DNA of 64,000 bases from an uncultured delta proteobacterium (GCA_963760795.1 CAVXEP010000032.1:448001-512000); one strand, 5' to 3'; numbered from the stretch's first letter, positions 31,261 through 42,789 are shown. The notes: a model not told the origin generated them from the letters alone. A program made the numbers and translations.

Positions 31261-32546
31261 GTGCAAAAAGAAATCGTCATCGTCGGTCTGAACCATCGCA
31301 GCGCGCCCATCGAGGTGCGCGAAAGCGTTGCGTTCGAAAGCGACTATTTGCACGATGCTCTGACGCGTCTACACAATTATCCGTCCATCGACGAAGGCGT
31401 GATCCTGTCCACTTGCAATCGGGTTGAAGTGGTCGCGGCAGCTTCGGACTGCGTCACAGCTTACAACGACATCGGTAGTTTTCTCGCCGAGCACAAGGCC
31501 CATTCTAATGGGATTACGCTGGCCGGAGCATAGTTACCAATACCGCGGTGCCGAAGCGGTGCGCCATTTGTTTCGCGTCGCTGCCAGTCTCGACTCCATG
31601 GTGGTCGGCGAGCCGCAGATATTCGGGTCAATTGAAACAGCACTATGACGCTGCCCAGCAGGCCGGCTCGGTGGGGACGATCCTGCACCGGTTATTTCAT
31701 CGTTCGTTCTCGGTAGCCAAGCGGGTGCGCAGCGAAACCGGCATCGGCAGCGGCGCGGTGTCGGTGAGCTCGGTGGCGGTGGATCTGGCGAAACGGATTT
31801 TCGACCGCTTCGACGACAAGACTGTGATGCTGATCGGCGCCGGCAAGATGGGCGACCTGATGGCGCGCCATCTGCAACGCCATGGCGTGCGCAGCCTGAT
31901 GGTCACCAACCGAACCTTCGAGCGGGCGGTGGAACTGGCCGAAAAGATTCATGGCAGCCCGATTCGTTTCGAAGATTTCCCCCAGTATTTGAAAATGGCC
32001 GATCTGGTGATCGGCTGCACTGGCGCGCCGGAGGTATTGGTCGACGCCGCGCAAGTCGAAAAGGTGCTGCGCGAGCGCAAGCATAAGGCGATGTTCTTCA
32101 TCGATATCGGCGACCGGCGCAATTTCGACGGCAAGATTAACGATCTCGACAACGTTTATCTGTACAACATCGACGATCTCAAAAACGTTGCCGAGGAAAA
32201 TCTTCAGGGGCGCTCCAATGAAGCGGCACGAGCGGAAACCATCGTCGGGGAAGAAGTGCAGAGCTTTGTGCGCTGGATCGGTTCCTTGGAGCAGGTGCCG
32301 ACGATCACCGCATTGCGCCAACGGTTCGACGATATTCGCCGCAACGAAATCGAGAAATCCCTCGGCGGCGGCCTAAAACATCTTTCTCCTGAACAGCGCG
32401 CGGCGTTGGAGGATATGACCACGGCGATGATCAATAAACTTCTGCACGCGCCGATCTCCCAACTCAAAAGCCGCGATGACAATGATGATGAGGCCGCGCT
32501 CTACGTCGCCGCCCTCAAAAAGCTCTTCGATCTGGAGGGCAAATGA
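31261..32546 (+). CDS. hemA: glutamyl-tRNA reductase (frameshifts near 31530 and 31625)
   Basis: [46 protein letters not shown]. Confidence 0.93.
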
Positions 32547-33454
32547 ACCGGCTGCGCATCGGTAGCCGGGGCAGCACGCTCGCCTTCGCCCAATCCACCT
32601 GGGTGAAGCAGCAGATCGAGTCGCGCTATCCGGACCTTCAGGTCGAATTGTCGATCATTAAAACCAGCGGCGATCGCTTTATCGACCGGCCGATTGCGGC
32701 GCTGGGCGGCAAGGGCGTGTTCACCAAGGAAATAGAGGATGCACTGCTCAACCAATCTATCAACCTGGCGGTACACTCGATGAAGGATCTGCCCACCGAG
32801 TTGCCCGACGGTCTAGCCATCGTCGCCGTGCCGGCGCGGGAAGACGCGCGGGATGTGCTGGTGACCCAGAGGGGTCTTAAACTTGCCGATCTACCCCGCG
32901 GCGCCCGCTTGGCCACCGGCAGTCTGCGGCGCCAAGCACAACTGTTGCGCCATCGTGGCGATCTAGTCATTACACCGATCCGCGGCAACATCGATACCCG
33001 CTTGCGCAAGCTCGATGACGGCGAGGCCGATGGTTTAATCATGGCAGCCGCCGGGCTAAAACGAATCGGCCGCGCCGAGCGGATCGGCGAATATTTGCCG
33101 GATGAAATTTGTGTCAGCGCCGTGGCTCAAGGCGCGTTAGCCATCGAAGCGCGCGCCGACAGCGCGCTTAGCGAAATGTTGGACTTTCTCCATGATCCTT
33201 TGGCCGAGGCGGAGACTGTCGCTGAACGCGCGCTCTTGCGGCGTTTGAGCGGCGGTTGCCATGTGCCGATCGGCGCGCGAGCCCGCGCCGTAGGCGCTGG
33301 TTTGACAATGATCGGCATCGTCGCCAGTCCCGATGGCACGACTCTGTGTCAAGCCAAGTTAACGGATGATATCAGCGAGGCCGAGAAGCTTGGGGAACGG
33401 CTGGCGCAGGAGCTGCTGAAGCAGGGAGCCGATAAGATCTTGGCGGCGAGTTGA
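32543..33454 (+). CDS. hemC: hydroxymethylbilane synthase
   Basis: IGSRGS, GKGVFTKEIE, AVHSMKDLP, IRGNIDTRL, GGCHVPIG. Confidence 0.95.
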   Translation: MNRLRIGSRGSTLAFAQSTWVKQQIESRYPDLQVELSIIKTSGDRFIDRPIAALGGKGVFTKEIEDALLNQSINLAVHSMKDLPTELPDGLAIVAVPAREDARDVLVTQRGLKLADLPRGARLATGSLRRQAQLLRHRGDLVITPIRGNIDTRLRKLDDGEADGLIMAAAGLKRIGRAERIGEYLPDEICVSAVAQGALAIEARADSALSEMLDFLHDPLAEAETVAERALLRRLSGGCHVPIGARARAVGAGLTMIGIVASPDGTTLCQAKLTDDISEAEKLGERLAQELLKQGADKILAAS

Positions 33455-33458
33455 TCCC

Positions 33459-34274
33459 ATGACGACTTTGGCTGGCGCATTGTCGCGCGAAAAGCCCTTT
33501 GCCGGGCGACGTATCGTCGTCACTCGCGCGCGCAAACAAGCCGGTGGATTGGCTCAACGCATCGAAGCGCTGGGTGGTGAGGTGATCGGATTCCCGACCA
33601 TCGAGATTCAAGCGCCGGCCAGCTTTGCCGAGTTAGATGGAGCAATGCAACAAATCGCTGCCTACCACTGGATTATTTTTACCAGCGTCAATAGCATCGA
33701 TCCATTCCTTGAGCGCTTGAAGATCGCAAAGAAATCGCTGGCGGATTTGGCCAACCTGCAGGTGGCGGCGATCGGTTCCGAGACCACCAGGCGGTTGGCC
33801 GCTGCAGGAATTACCGTCGCGGTGGTCCCAAGCCGTTTTCAAGCGGAGGGGCTGGTGGAATCCTTGAACGGCGTGGAACTAACCGGTAAGCGGGTCTTGA
33901 TTCCCTGTGCCGCCAAAGCGCGCGATGTGTTGCCTGAAACCTTGCGTCAGTGGGGTGCCGGCGTCGATGTGGTCGAAGCTTACCGAACCAGCGCGCCGGC
34001 GTTCGACCCAAAAGAAGTTCGCCAACGGCTGGAGCGTGGCGACGTAGACATGGTGACGTTTACCAGTTCGAGCACGGTGAGTAATTTCGTTCACCTCTGC
34101 GGCGGCGGCTCGCTGGCGTCGATTGTCGGCACCGCGGCGATCACCAGTATCGGGCCGATCACGGCGAAAACCATTGAAGAGCTGGGTGGCCATGTGGCGG
34201 TCATGGCGCAACAGTCCACCATCGACGGATTGATCGACGCAATGATCGAGTATTTTAGCGTCATCAAGCATTGA
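33459..34274 (+). CDS. hemD: uroporphyrinogen-III synthase
   Basis: [33 protein letters not shown]; between hemC and hemB. Confidence 0.92.
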   Translation: MTTLAGALSREKPFAGRRIVVTRARKQAGGLAQRIEALGGEVIGFPTIEIQAPASFAELDGAMQQIAAYHWIIFTSVNSIDPFLERLKIAKKSLADLANLQVAAIGSETTRRLAAAGITVAVVPSRFQAEGLVESLNGVELTGKRVLIPCAAKARDVLPETLRQWGAGVDVVEAYRTSAPAFDPKEVRQRLERGDVDMVTFTSSSTVSNFVHLCGGGSLASIVGTAAITSIGPITAKTIEELGGHVAVMAQQSTIDGLIDAMIEYFSVIKH

Positions 34275-34287
34275 TTCGGAGAACCCC

Positions 34288-35265
34288 ATGGACTTTCCAA
34301 GATATCGGCCGCGCCGGTTGCGGCGCAATGACAAACTGCGGGCGATGGTGCGTGAAACTTCGCTGGCACCGGCCAATTTGATCTATCCCTTGTTTGTTGG
34401 CCCCGGTAAGGACAAAGTGCAGCCGGTTTCGTCGATGCCGGGCGTGGCACAGTTGTCGGTGGACCATGCGGTGCGCGAGTGTGAAGAGGCTCTTTCTCTG
34501 GGCATTCCCGCGGTTATCTTATTCGGACTGCCCGAGCATAAGGACGCGGTCGGCAGCGAGGCTTACGACGACGACGGCATCGTTCAGCAGGCGATTAGCG
34601 AGATTAAAAGCAAGCTGCCCGAGCTTCTCGTCATCACCGATGTTTGTCTCTGCGAATACACCGATCACGGCCATTGCGGCGTGATTAAGAATGGCGATGT
34701 CGACAATGACAGCACCTTGGAGCTACTGGCGAGAGAGTCGTTGTCCCATGCCCGCGCCGGCGCCGATATCGTCGCGCCGTCGGACATGATGGACGGCCGG
34801 GTCGGCGCGATCCGCAAAGCGTTGGATGAAAACGGCTTTGCTCAGACGGCGATCATGGCCTACGCGGCCAAGTATGCTTCGGGTTTCTATGGGCCATTTC
34901 GTGAAGCTGCTGAATCAACGCCACAGTTCGGTGACCGCCGTTCCTATCAGATGGACCCAGCGAACTCGGACGAAGCGCTGCGCGAAGTCGAGCAGGATAT
35001 TCGCGAGGGCGCCGACATCGTCATGGTCAAACCGGCCATGGCCTACCTAGATGTGGTCTACCGGGTGAAACAAAAATTTGGCTATCCGGTGGCGGCCTAT
35101 AACGTCAGCGGCGAGTACTCGATGATCAAGGCGGCCGGCCAGAATGGCTGGATCGACGAGGAACGAATCATGATGGAAGTGCTGTACGCGATCCGCCGCG
35201 CCGGCGCTGACATGATCCTGACCTACTTCGCCAAAGACGCCGCGCGTTTTCTGCGCAAGGGATAG
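34288..35265 (+). CDS. hemB: porphobilinogen synthase
   Basis: [44 protein letters not shown]. Confidence 0.97.
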   Translation: MDFPRYRPRRLRRNDKLRAMVRETSLAPANLIYPLFVGPGKDKVQPVSSMPGVAQLSVDHAVRECEEALSLGIPAVILFGLPEHKDAVGSEAYDDDGIVQQAISEIKSKLPELLVITDVCLCEYTDHGHCGVIKNGDVDNDSTLELLARESLSHARAGADIVAPSDMMDGRVGAIRKALDENGFAQTAIMAYAAKYASGFYGPFREAAESTPQFGDRRSYQMDPANSDEALREVEQDIREGADIVMVKPAMAYLDVVYRVKQKFGYPVAAYNVSGEYSMIKAAGQNGWIDEERIMMEVLYAIRRAGADMILTYFAKDAARFLRKG

Positions 35266-35275
35266 AGGAAGTATT

Positions 35276-35331
35276 CACACGAAGGCACGAAGGTTCGGAA
35301 GTTAAGTCATCGTCCTTCGTGCTCTTCGTGT
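35276..35331. repeat. palindrome of CACGAAG / CTTCGTG units with TTCGGAA core
   Basis: CACACGAAGGCACGAAGG ttcggaa ... CCTTCGTGCTCTTCGTGT; extra CCTTCGTG near 35420. Confidence 0.65.
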
Positions 35332-35443
35332 CACTTATCCAGAATGTTGCGTCAAATGGCGCCGCATTGCGGTCAGATTGCCGAACCTTTCTTGAGGTTG
35401 CGGACTCTGCCGCGCTATGCCTTCGTGGTAAAAGCGAATTTAT

Positions 35444-35716
35444 TTATCTCACGGCTAAATCAAGATTCCACAGATCTTTGATTTTTCGTTGAGGGTCCGT
35501 TCGCATTCGGATTCGCGGCCGTCGGTATAGACTTGGCGAGGCGGAGAGACGAAAGACCAAGACCCGGGCGTCTTTGGCTAGGCGCAGGATGAAGGTATTG
35601 GAGTCTTCTTCGAAGAGCACTTGGGTCTCGACGGCAGAGTCGGCGCGCTTGCTAACCTCTTGAGCCCAAGCTTGCAAGTCCGCTATCGCGGCGTCGCCGC
35701 GCTGGCTGCTTAGCAT
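35444..35716 (-). CDS. small hypothetical protein (probably frameshifted near the C-terminus)
   Basis: ORF directly downstream of the SBP gene; no recognised motif. Confidence 0.45.
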   Translation of the reverse strand: MLSSQRGDAAIADLQAWAQEVSKRADSAVETQVLFEEDSNTFILRLAKDARVLVFRLSASPSLYRRPRIRMRTDPQRKIKDLWNLDLAVR

Positions 35717-35731
35717 TTAATTCTGCGTGGG

Positions 35732-36740
35732 CTATTTCTTGTACAGGCTGTCGATGAAACCGCTTTGATCGAGCTCGCGAATGAAACGAGGCATCGATGA
35801 ACTGTTCCGGCTTGACCGTCTTCGCCCGCGGATCGCGTTCGGCGATGTCGTCGATGACGGTTTTTAGCCCCTCGACGCTGGGGTACTGCTTTTTCGGATA
35901 GAGCGATTCGTGCATGACATCGGCGCGAGTCTTCTCCAGAGTCTCGCGGTCGATACTGCTGCCCATGAAACGGGCGAGCGCTTTGATCGAGGCTTCTTTG
36001 TCATTCCACATGCGGGCCACCGCTTCGACATGAGCGCGCACGTAACGGCGCACGATGTCGGGCTGCTCGCGGATAAACTTTTTCGTCGTCACCGCGCCGG
36101 TGTGTTGAAACACCAGCCCCATCTTGGCTACGTCGGCCAAAATCGCCAAGCCTTTCTTTTCCGCCTGAAAGCTCGACGGCGGGTTGATCACCGCCGCCGT
36201 CACCCTTCCGGTTAGTAGGGCGCCGAGGCGCTCCGGCCCGCTGCCGACTTGGACGATCGTGACATCCTTGCCTGGGATGAGGCCGACCCGGCGCAGGGCG
36301 AAGCGGGCGATGGTATCGGTGGCCGAGCCGAAGCGGCTGATGGCGATGGTACCGCCTTTCATCTGCTCGACGGTTTTCACGCCGGGCTTGCCCATCAGAA
36401 CGTAATTAAGCGAGACGATACCGGCGGCGACGAAGACGGCATCGGAACCGGCAAGCACGCTATTGACGACGCCGGGGCCGGAGATCTGCGCGATCGGCAC
36501 ATCGCCGGATACTAGGGCCAGTACCGCGGTTGTGCCACCGGTGAAAAAGATTACCTGCACGTCTAGGCCATGCTTGGCGAAGATGCCGCTATCCTTGGCC
36601 ACCCAGGCCGGCAGTTGATCGCCGCTGGTGGCGCTATAGCCGACGTTGAGCCGGGTTAGTTGCGCCGTAGCGTTGGGTGCGAGTAACAACTGCGCTGGGA
36701 GCAGCGCGAGCGTGACGAGAAATATATTCTTAAATGCCAT
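35732..36740 (-). CDS. ABC transporter substrate-binding protein (NMT1/SsuA-like)
   Basis: GIFAKHGLDV, ISRFGSATD, KQYPS; C-terminal frameshift, true stop at 35732. Confidence 0.85.
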
Positions 36741-36799
36741 TGGTTTTCGCCTCGATGGAACTGACGCTGAAAACTTTACAGGAGGGCGGGGATAGAAAC

Positions 36800-36833
36800 A
36801 AGAAAGCCCCTGCCAACCGGCAGGGGCTTTCTT
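36800..36833. terminator. intrinsic terminator after the cytochrome c' gene
   Basis: AAGAAAGCCCCTGCC-AACC-GGCAGGGGCTTTCTT perfect stem. Confidence 0.8.
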
Positions 36834-36867
36834 AGTCCTTCACTAGCTCTAGTTAATGTAGGTGGAT

Positions 36868-37314
36868 CTATTCAGCGTATTTTTCAGCACGGAATGCCTT
36901 GTGACAAGAGCCGCAGGTATCCCCAAGTGCTTTCACTTTAACAGCGACGTCGGCGTCGTTGCCGGCTTTCGCCGCCGCGGCCAATTCAGTGGCCGCTTTG
37001 TTTAGACTCTTGGCCTGGCTGGCGAAATCGGCAGATTTCTCCCATATTTCAGGCTTAGCTTTGGTTTTCCCCGTGCCGCTGCCGGCCGGAAAAGCGCCGA
37101 CAATCTTTTCGGAGCTGCCCATGAGATCCTTGGCCTTAGCTTCCACGGTTGCATAGTCTTTGGCCTCCACGGCGCCCTTGATCGCCTTAGCTGCGGCGCT
37201 CTGTTCCTGCATCAGTTTCTGGCGTTTCTCGACTTGGGCCTGGGCAACGTCCTGATTTGCCACTCCGACTACAAGATAACCAAATAACGCACCTACTAAA
37301 GTTTTTCGAACCAT
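36868..37314 (-). CDS. class II cytochrome c (cytochrome c'/c556-like)
   Basis: Signal peptide; TKAKPEIWE; C-terminal CGSCHKAFR; AAGGAG RBS. Confidence 0.9.
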   Translation of the reverse strand: MVRKTLVGALFGYLVVGVANQDVAQAQVEKRQKLMQEQSAAAKAIKGAVEAKDYATVEAKAKDLMGSSEKIVGAFPAGSGTGKTKAKPEIWEKSADFASQAKSLNKAATELAAAAKAGNDADVAVKVKALGDTCGSCHKAFRAEKYAE

Positions 37315-37354
37315 TGGCTGTTTTCTCCTTTCAAATCCTGTCACCGTTATTAAT

Positions 37355-37903
37355 TTAACCGCCTTGATTGACTTTTTTTACTGCGTTCAACAATTGCTCG
37401 GTGGAGAGCAAATCCTTTTCCGTATTGCTCGGGCGGATGTCGTAATATTTGATCACGCCGTCCTTGTCGACGATGATGTAGGAACGCTTGGCCAAGCGTC
37501 TGGGTTCGTCGTAAACGCCAAAGGCCTGCATGATTTTTCCGTCCCGATCGCTAAGTAACGGATAGACGATCTTAGCGAAGTCGGCAAATGCTTTCTGCGA
37601 GAACGGTGCATTCATACTGATACCGACGACTTCTGTGTTCTGTGCTTGGAAGAGCGGATACTGGTCCGAACCGGACGCTTGAAGGTCTTTGATTCATGTC
37701 GGACTGAAGTCGAGGACATAAAAGTTGATCAGCACGTTCTTGCCTTTGAGACTGCTCAATTTCAACTTGCCGCCCTTGGTGCTGTCGAGCTCGAAGTCCG
37801 GCGCTGGGTCGCCGATGCCAATCGCAAAGGCGGGGCGGATTGATCCAAAGATAAGGCCGACCGTCGCGGCCAAAATCGCAATCAGGATTCTGCGTGACTT
37901 CAT
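37355..37903 (-). CDS. exported AhpC/TSA-family peroxiredoxin, probable selenoprotein
   Basis: ORFs 37694..37903 and 37355..37615 are in one frame joined by TGA: GDPAPDFEL...NFYVLDFSPT-TGA-IKDLQ...EVVGISMN...YPLLSD...AKRSYIIVDKDGVI; 182 aa. Confidence 0.85.
37664..37676 (-). promoter_or_regulatory. SECIS-like hairpin
   Basis: GTCCG-GTT-CGGAC starting 17 nt after the UGA (37694-37696), G first in the loop. Confidence 0.55.
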
Positions 37904-37957
37904 AACTTCCTCCTTATTGGACGTTTCGCGCTCCCATATCTTTCAAAAAGTTGACAA

Positions 37958-37996
37958 TTTATCTCTTAGATCCTTGTGACTGTCAATCCCCCATTC
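37958..37996 (-). promoter_or_regulatory. candidate promoter and activator site for peroxiredoxin-cytochrome c'
   Basis: Minus strand GAATGGGGGA-TTGACA-17 bp-GATAAA; 13-mer shared with 38809-38821. Confidence 0.5.
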
Positions 37997-38108
37997 GGGT
38001 GCCTTTGGGTTACCCTTTTGGGTGCGGCACCCAGTTCCGAGCGATCTTAGGCGGCCGTGCGGATTAGCGTTTAAAGTAGTTTGTCGCGTGGCCATCTATG
38101 ACGGTAGC

Positions 38109-38729
38109 TTAGGGCTTCGGCAGGCGCACGGTGATCTGTCGTGCTAAGAGCGAACCATCGGCTTCTTGAGTCACATTAACCGATACTTCGGAACCGGTTT
38201 TGACCACGCTGCGGTCCGCCACCAGTCGTTTTGCCAACGGGATGTCCGGCGGCACGAGCACTTTTACCTCGCCGTCTTTGTATTTGAGATTTAGCATTCG
38301 TCCTTTTACGTCCCGCACCATCACGTCATCAACCCGCTCGACATTGGCGTTGGTCATGGTCGCGTTACCTAAGGGGCGGTGCCCTTCGCCGGTACCACGC
38401 TGGTCTTCGGAGAAGACGTTGACTTGGGAGGCCAAAAAGGTGCCGTCCGGCTGCTTGCTTGCTGTGGCGCCGACATACATGCCGGAAACTATCTCGGAAA
38501 ACTTGATCGCCACCTCATGGCGAATGACGGTCTTATCGCTAACAGTGACTTTCGCGTCGCCGCTAGGGCTTCCAACGATCAGCTCCGGGCCTTTCAAAGA
38601 TACGACCTTACCCGAGACATTCGTCGGATTGGCCGCGGGAGTGGGTTGTGCATTGGCGAGATTGGCGTATCCGAAAGTCAAGAAGAGTACCAGTGTTATT
38701 GCCGACGGAAAAGGCTTGTGGATTGTCAT
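38109..38729 (-). CDS. exported protein with two OB-like (DUF5666-like) repeats
   Basis: Signal peptide; repeats ending KQPDGTFLASQV and QEADGSLLARQI; GTGEGHRP. Confidence 0.65.
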   Translation of the reverse strand: MTIHKPFPSAITLVLFLTFGYANLANAQPTPAANPTNVSGKVVSLKGPELIVGSPSGDAKVTVSDKTVIRHEVAIKFSEIVSGMYVGATASKQPDGTFLASQVNVFSEDQRGTGEGHRPLGNATMTNANVERVDDVMVRDVKGRMLNLKYKDGEVKVLVPPDIPLAKRLVADRSVVKTGSEVSVNVTQEADGSLLARQITVRLPKP

Positions 38730-38782
38730 TTGTTCCTCCAATTAGACGAAGTCAAGTTGCAAAACATTTTATAGATCACCGG

Positions 38783-38821
38783 TTTGTCCACTAGTTTCGA
38801 AGTGCTCCCAATCCCCCATTC
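38783..38821 (-). promoter_or_regulatory. candidate promoter and activator site for the 38109..38729 gene
   Basis: Minus strand GAATGGGGGA-TTGGGA-17 bp-GACAAA. Confidence 0.45.
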
Positions 38822-38849
38822 AGGCTCCTCGCAAAGACTCAAGTGGGGA

Positions 38850-39503
38850 CTATTTGAGTCCTTCGCGGATCGCCATCACCGCGGCTTCGGTGCGGTTCTT
38901 GACGTCGAGCTTGCGAAATAATGATTTTAGATGCCCTTTGACGGTCTCGCGGGCAGAATCGGTGAGCCGGCCGATTTCATCATTGCTCAACCCTTCGGTC
39001 ACCAACCGTAAGACTCTGAGTTCCAAATCGGTGAGCGAGTATTGCTCGGCAAAGCCAGGGTGGGTTGCACGGGTCTCGCTCCGAGGGTTACCGTGATCGA
39101 GTCCGAGATGTGCGAGGTAAGGCGAGGAGGGCGATTTGCCGAGATGGGTCTGGCGAATGATCTCGATAAACTCGCCGCGGTCGGTGTCCTTCAAAATATA
39201 ACCGATGGCGCCGGCGCGTAGCGCCGAACGAATTTTGTCTTCTTCATGATGCACCGATAGCATGAGCACTTTGGTCTTGGGTGAGACCCTAGTGATGAGC
39301 TTGGCCGCCTTGATGCCGTCCATCTTTGGCATGTCGACGTCGAGCAGGGCCAAGTCAGGTTCGGTTTCGCGAGCGCCAATCACCGCCTCTTGGCCATCGG
39401 CTGCTTCGACGACGACTTTGATGTTGGTGCCGCTTTCCAGGAGGATTTTCAAGCTCTGGCGAAACAGTCTTTCGTCGTCGGCGATCAATAGATTGATCGG
39501 CAT
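38850..39503 (-). CDS. NarL/FixJ-family response regulator (REC plus LuxR HTH)
   Basis: IADDE, LLDVDMPKMDG, GYILK, GLSNDEIG, KLDVKNRTEA. Confidence 0.92.
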   Translation of the reverse strand: MPINLLIADDERLFRQSLKILLESGTNIKVVVEAADGQEAVIGARETEPDLALLDVDMPKMDGIKAAKLITRVSPKTKVLMLSVHHEEDKIRSALRAGAIGYILKDTDRGEFIEIIRQTHLGKSPSSPYLAHLGLDHGNPRSETRATHPGFAEQYSLTDLELRVLRLVTEGLSNDEIGRLTDSARETVKGHLKSLFRKLDVKNRTEAAVMAIREGLK

Positions 39504-39569
39504 GTTTTTGCCTGGGTTGGGCGTTCGACTTGATGGAGCTGCTGTGTGATTCATTCGATGCCGGACACC

Positions 39570-41989
39570 TTAGCATGGCTTCATAACTAAACAATGGTTA
39601 TTGGCATCGCCAAGGTGCGACGAAAGTTGGATCTTTGCGCCGCTCTGCCAGGCGGCATTTTGATCGCCATAATGAGGCGACCCAGGGTGGCCGGATTGCC
39701 CAGATGCTAGAACGTAGCCGGAGTGCTCCGGATCATTAAAGTCGATGACATAGCGCAGTGCCGCGCCGGCGGATTGTGAATAGGGATTGGAGTGGCGATA
39801 AAAGCCAAAATTAACCGTCATGCCATCGCCGCCCACCGGCGTGGGTCCAATGGAGATTACCGGTCTTAGTATAGCGAGGCGGCTCAAGGCATGGTTGAGA
39901 GATAGTCGGTGCAGCCTGCCCCACTGCCAGCGCTCACAGTCCGTACCCAGGGATTGGCGCAGCTCGGCGCAAGCGTCGTCTCAGCGATTGAGCGACCAGT
40001 GCTTTTCTCGAGCGTTGGGCAAACCAACAGGATTTCTCATCGCGCAAGATTTTGTCGGTAGGAACGATGCATTGATTGAGAATCTCGGTGTATGCGCCCA
40101 ACAGTTCCTCTCCGAGCTCGTCGCGTAGCAAATTCGCTAGTAGACGCTGATGAAAGACATGGAAAATTAACGCCGGGATGCTCGCCGCGGTGCAGTCGCC
40201 ATCCCAGGCGAGCAATCTTGCCACGGCGTCACTAATAATCCCGCCGCGGTCTGCCACGGCGCGCAGATCGCCGCTGAGCGCTTGGATCAGTTCCACGGCA
40301 TGCAGCGAAACCTGGTCAAGCTGGAGCTTTGCCATGTTTTCGGCAGTAAATTGCTCCTGTGACTGTAACAGCTGGTATATCCGGCGAACCCGCTGTGGCG
40401 GTTCGAAAAAGTTGGAAAGATAATAGGGGTACGCTGAGTCAACGATATTATTATTAGCCGTGGCGATGAAACCGCTTGGTGGATTGTACAGCCGCGGCAG
40501 TTCTTCGAATGGAATGTAGCCGTGCCAGTCGTTACGATTCATCCCAACCGGCGAGCGGCAGGAGTGAGGGTTCGGCGCTGCGTTTGGGGATCTTCCCGGC
40601 GAGGGCGTAACCGATATTGCCGTTGCTATCGGCGTAGAGGAAATTCAAGCTGGGCGCGCTGTGGTATTCCAGGGCGGTCAAGAATTCCCCCCAGTCGCGC
40701 GCTTGATTGAGCCGATAGATCGAATGGATCTCCTGGCTTGGTTCGCTGGCGCACCAACGCAGCGCTAACGCTTCTCCTGACGCTTCGGTGTTGACAAAAT
40801 CACTAAGGATCGGTCCGTGGCAGCTTGTACGGACGTTCCGTTCAATGACCTTGCCGCCGCGGATGCGAATCATCTCGCGCCGTTCGGCAAACTTGCACCA
40901 CTCTTGCCCGGCAAGATAACGGTCGCTCTCGATGCGGTGAATCCGCTCGCGATAAAACTCGACATCGTCACACAGCGCCGCGGTGATGCCCCAGGCGATA
41001 CTGCGGTTCTGACCCAATTGAATGCAAGGCAACCCAGGCATCGACGCGCCCCAGGTCTCGTAACTGTGCGCAGCGCCTGGTTCCCCGGCCGCAAGACGCA
41101 TCAGATAAAACATCGACGGCAGGGACATGCGTAGGTGTGGATCGTTGCACAGGATCGCTCCGCCGGATTTGGCCTTCTCCGGACCGACCGCCCAGTTGTT
41201 ACTGCCATGACCGGCGCCATGCCAATCGGTGTCGGCGAGAATCCCATTGGTGAAACGGGTAAGAGCCGTTGCCTGCTGGATGATTGCGCGACTGATGGTC
41301 GGCGCGTCGATCGGGTAAGTGGGTAGCAGTGATCGGAGTTTCTCTGGGTCATGCTGAAGCCTTGCCGCGAGCTGCATCAAATTGAGCCTCGTGTAAAGCG
41401 CGGTGGAGAGCAGGAACGATAGTCCCTTGCCGATGGTCAGGCTGTCTTTGGCAGTCCATGGCTGCGGCGCAAAGCGCAGCAAGCGAAATTCCCAGGGCAG
41501 TTTTTTGCCGCAACTCTCGATGTAACGATTGACACCCTGGCTATAAGCGTTGAGCCTGTCCATGTCATTGTCGGACAGCAGCTCGACGGATTGAACCGCC
41601 GACTGGCGAATGCCCAACAGGCGGACAAAAAAATCGAGATCGCTGGTCTTGTGGCCGCGAAATTGGTTGGAGAGCTCGCGCCAGGGCAGAGAGAAGTCAC
41701 CGAACAGCTCGGCCATTCTGCCGCTGAGAAAGCGCCGGCTCATCTCCATCTGCCATAGCCGCTCCTGGGCGTGCAGATAGCCTTGGGCAAAGAACATATC
41801 TTGTTCGTCAGCCGCTCGGACATGAGGAACCGCATAGCGGTCGAATTCGACGTTAACCGGGCGCTGCAATCCGGCGAGAGTGATTTCGCCGCGGTAGCGC
41901 GGCTGGGATGGTTTGTCGAAAAAATTAACGACGGGAAGAAGCAGCGCCGAAAAGACGGTCGTGAACAAACCGCTTTTCGGCGCTTCCAT
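39570..41989 (-). CDS. penicillin acylase family (Ntn hydrolase), frameshifts near 40535 and 39960
   Basis: FAQGYLHAQERLWQME, GSNNWAV, CNDPHL, ATANN, GQSGHPGSPHYGDQ. Confidence 0.9.
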
Positions 41990-42023
41990 GTGGAGGTCTA
42001 GACCGGGAGTAAACTTATCGGTT

Positions 42024-42626
42024 CTAGAGCAGCGCTTTGACCGAGGGACGCGCTTTCATGCGTTCCATGTACTTCCCCAGGCGCGGCAGCGAAGGATCGG
42101 GCAGGATGCCGAAACCTTCCAAGCGGGTGAAGCGCGGGATCAAGTTGGCGTCGACCAGGGAAAAATCGCCGAGCAGGTACTGTTGCTCGCCGAGCTCTTC
42201 TTCGAAACGCTGCAAGAGTTTTTTTAAATCCGCCTTGGCGCCGTCGATGATCGGCTGGCTCTGCTCCTTGGCTTCTTTCATCAGCTCCATGCGCAGTTTT
42301 TGATAGGGGCTGTCGAAATGGGCCATGCCGTAGTCGGTGAGGATGCGCGCCTTGGCTTTCTTGGCTGGGTCCTTGGGCAAAAGCGACTGCGCCGGATATT
42401 TTTCCTCCAAGTACTCGTTGATGATCAACGACTCGTACAGCACGGTGCTATCGTCGGTCAGCACCGGCACTTTGCCGTAGGGGTTCATTTTTAGGTATTC
42501 AGGATTCTTCTGTTCTTTCTTCGTCAGATCCACCGGGACAATTTCGTAGGGCAGATTCTTTTCGGCCAAAACGACTTTGACGCGTTGGCAGTTGGGCGAT
42601 GATTTGAAATCGTAAAGCTTGATCAT
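42024..42626 (-). CDS. glutathione S-transferase family protein
   Basis: SPNCQRV, NPYGKVPVL, YESLIINEYLEE, RPSV. Confidence 0.92.
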   Translation of the reverse strand: MIKLYDFKSSPNCQRVKVVLAEKNLPYEIVPVDLTKKEQKNPEYLKMNPYGKVPVLTDDSTVLYESLIINEYLEEKYPAQSLLPKDPAKKAKARILTDYGMAHFDSPYQKLRMELMKEAKEQSQPIIDGAKADLKKLLQRFEEELGEQQYLLGDFSLVDANLIPRFTRLEGFGILPDPSLPRLGKYMERMKARPSVKALL

Positions 42627-42789
42627 GGTAATGCTCCTCGCAGGTTAGAATAGTTGGTTCGGCACGCCGCACTTATACTAGGAATCCGGCCAAAGGAAAA
42701 GTGCCGGCTCAACCAGCTCGCTTGCTTGCAGTACTCTAGCATTGATGTTAAGCGGAGAACGGCTCGGCGAAATATAGGAACTTGTCTCA

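Noticed and set aside
42024-42626. Second GST as a selenoprotein
   Set aside because: The ORF is uninterrupted (SSPNC) with no in-frame TGA.
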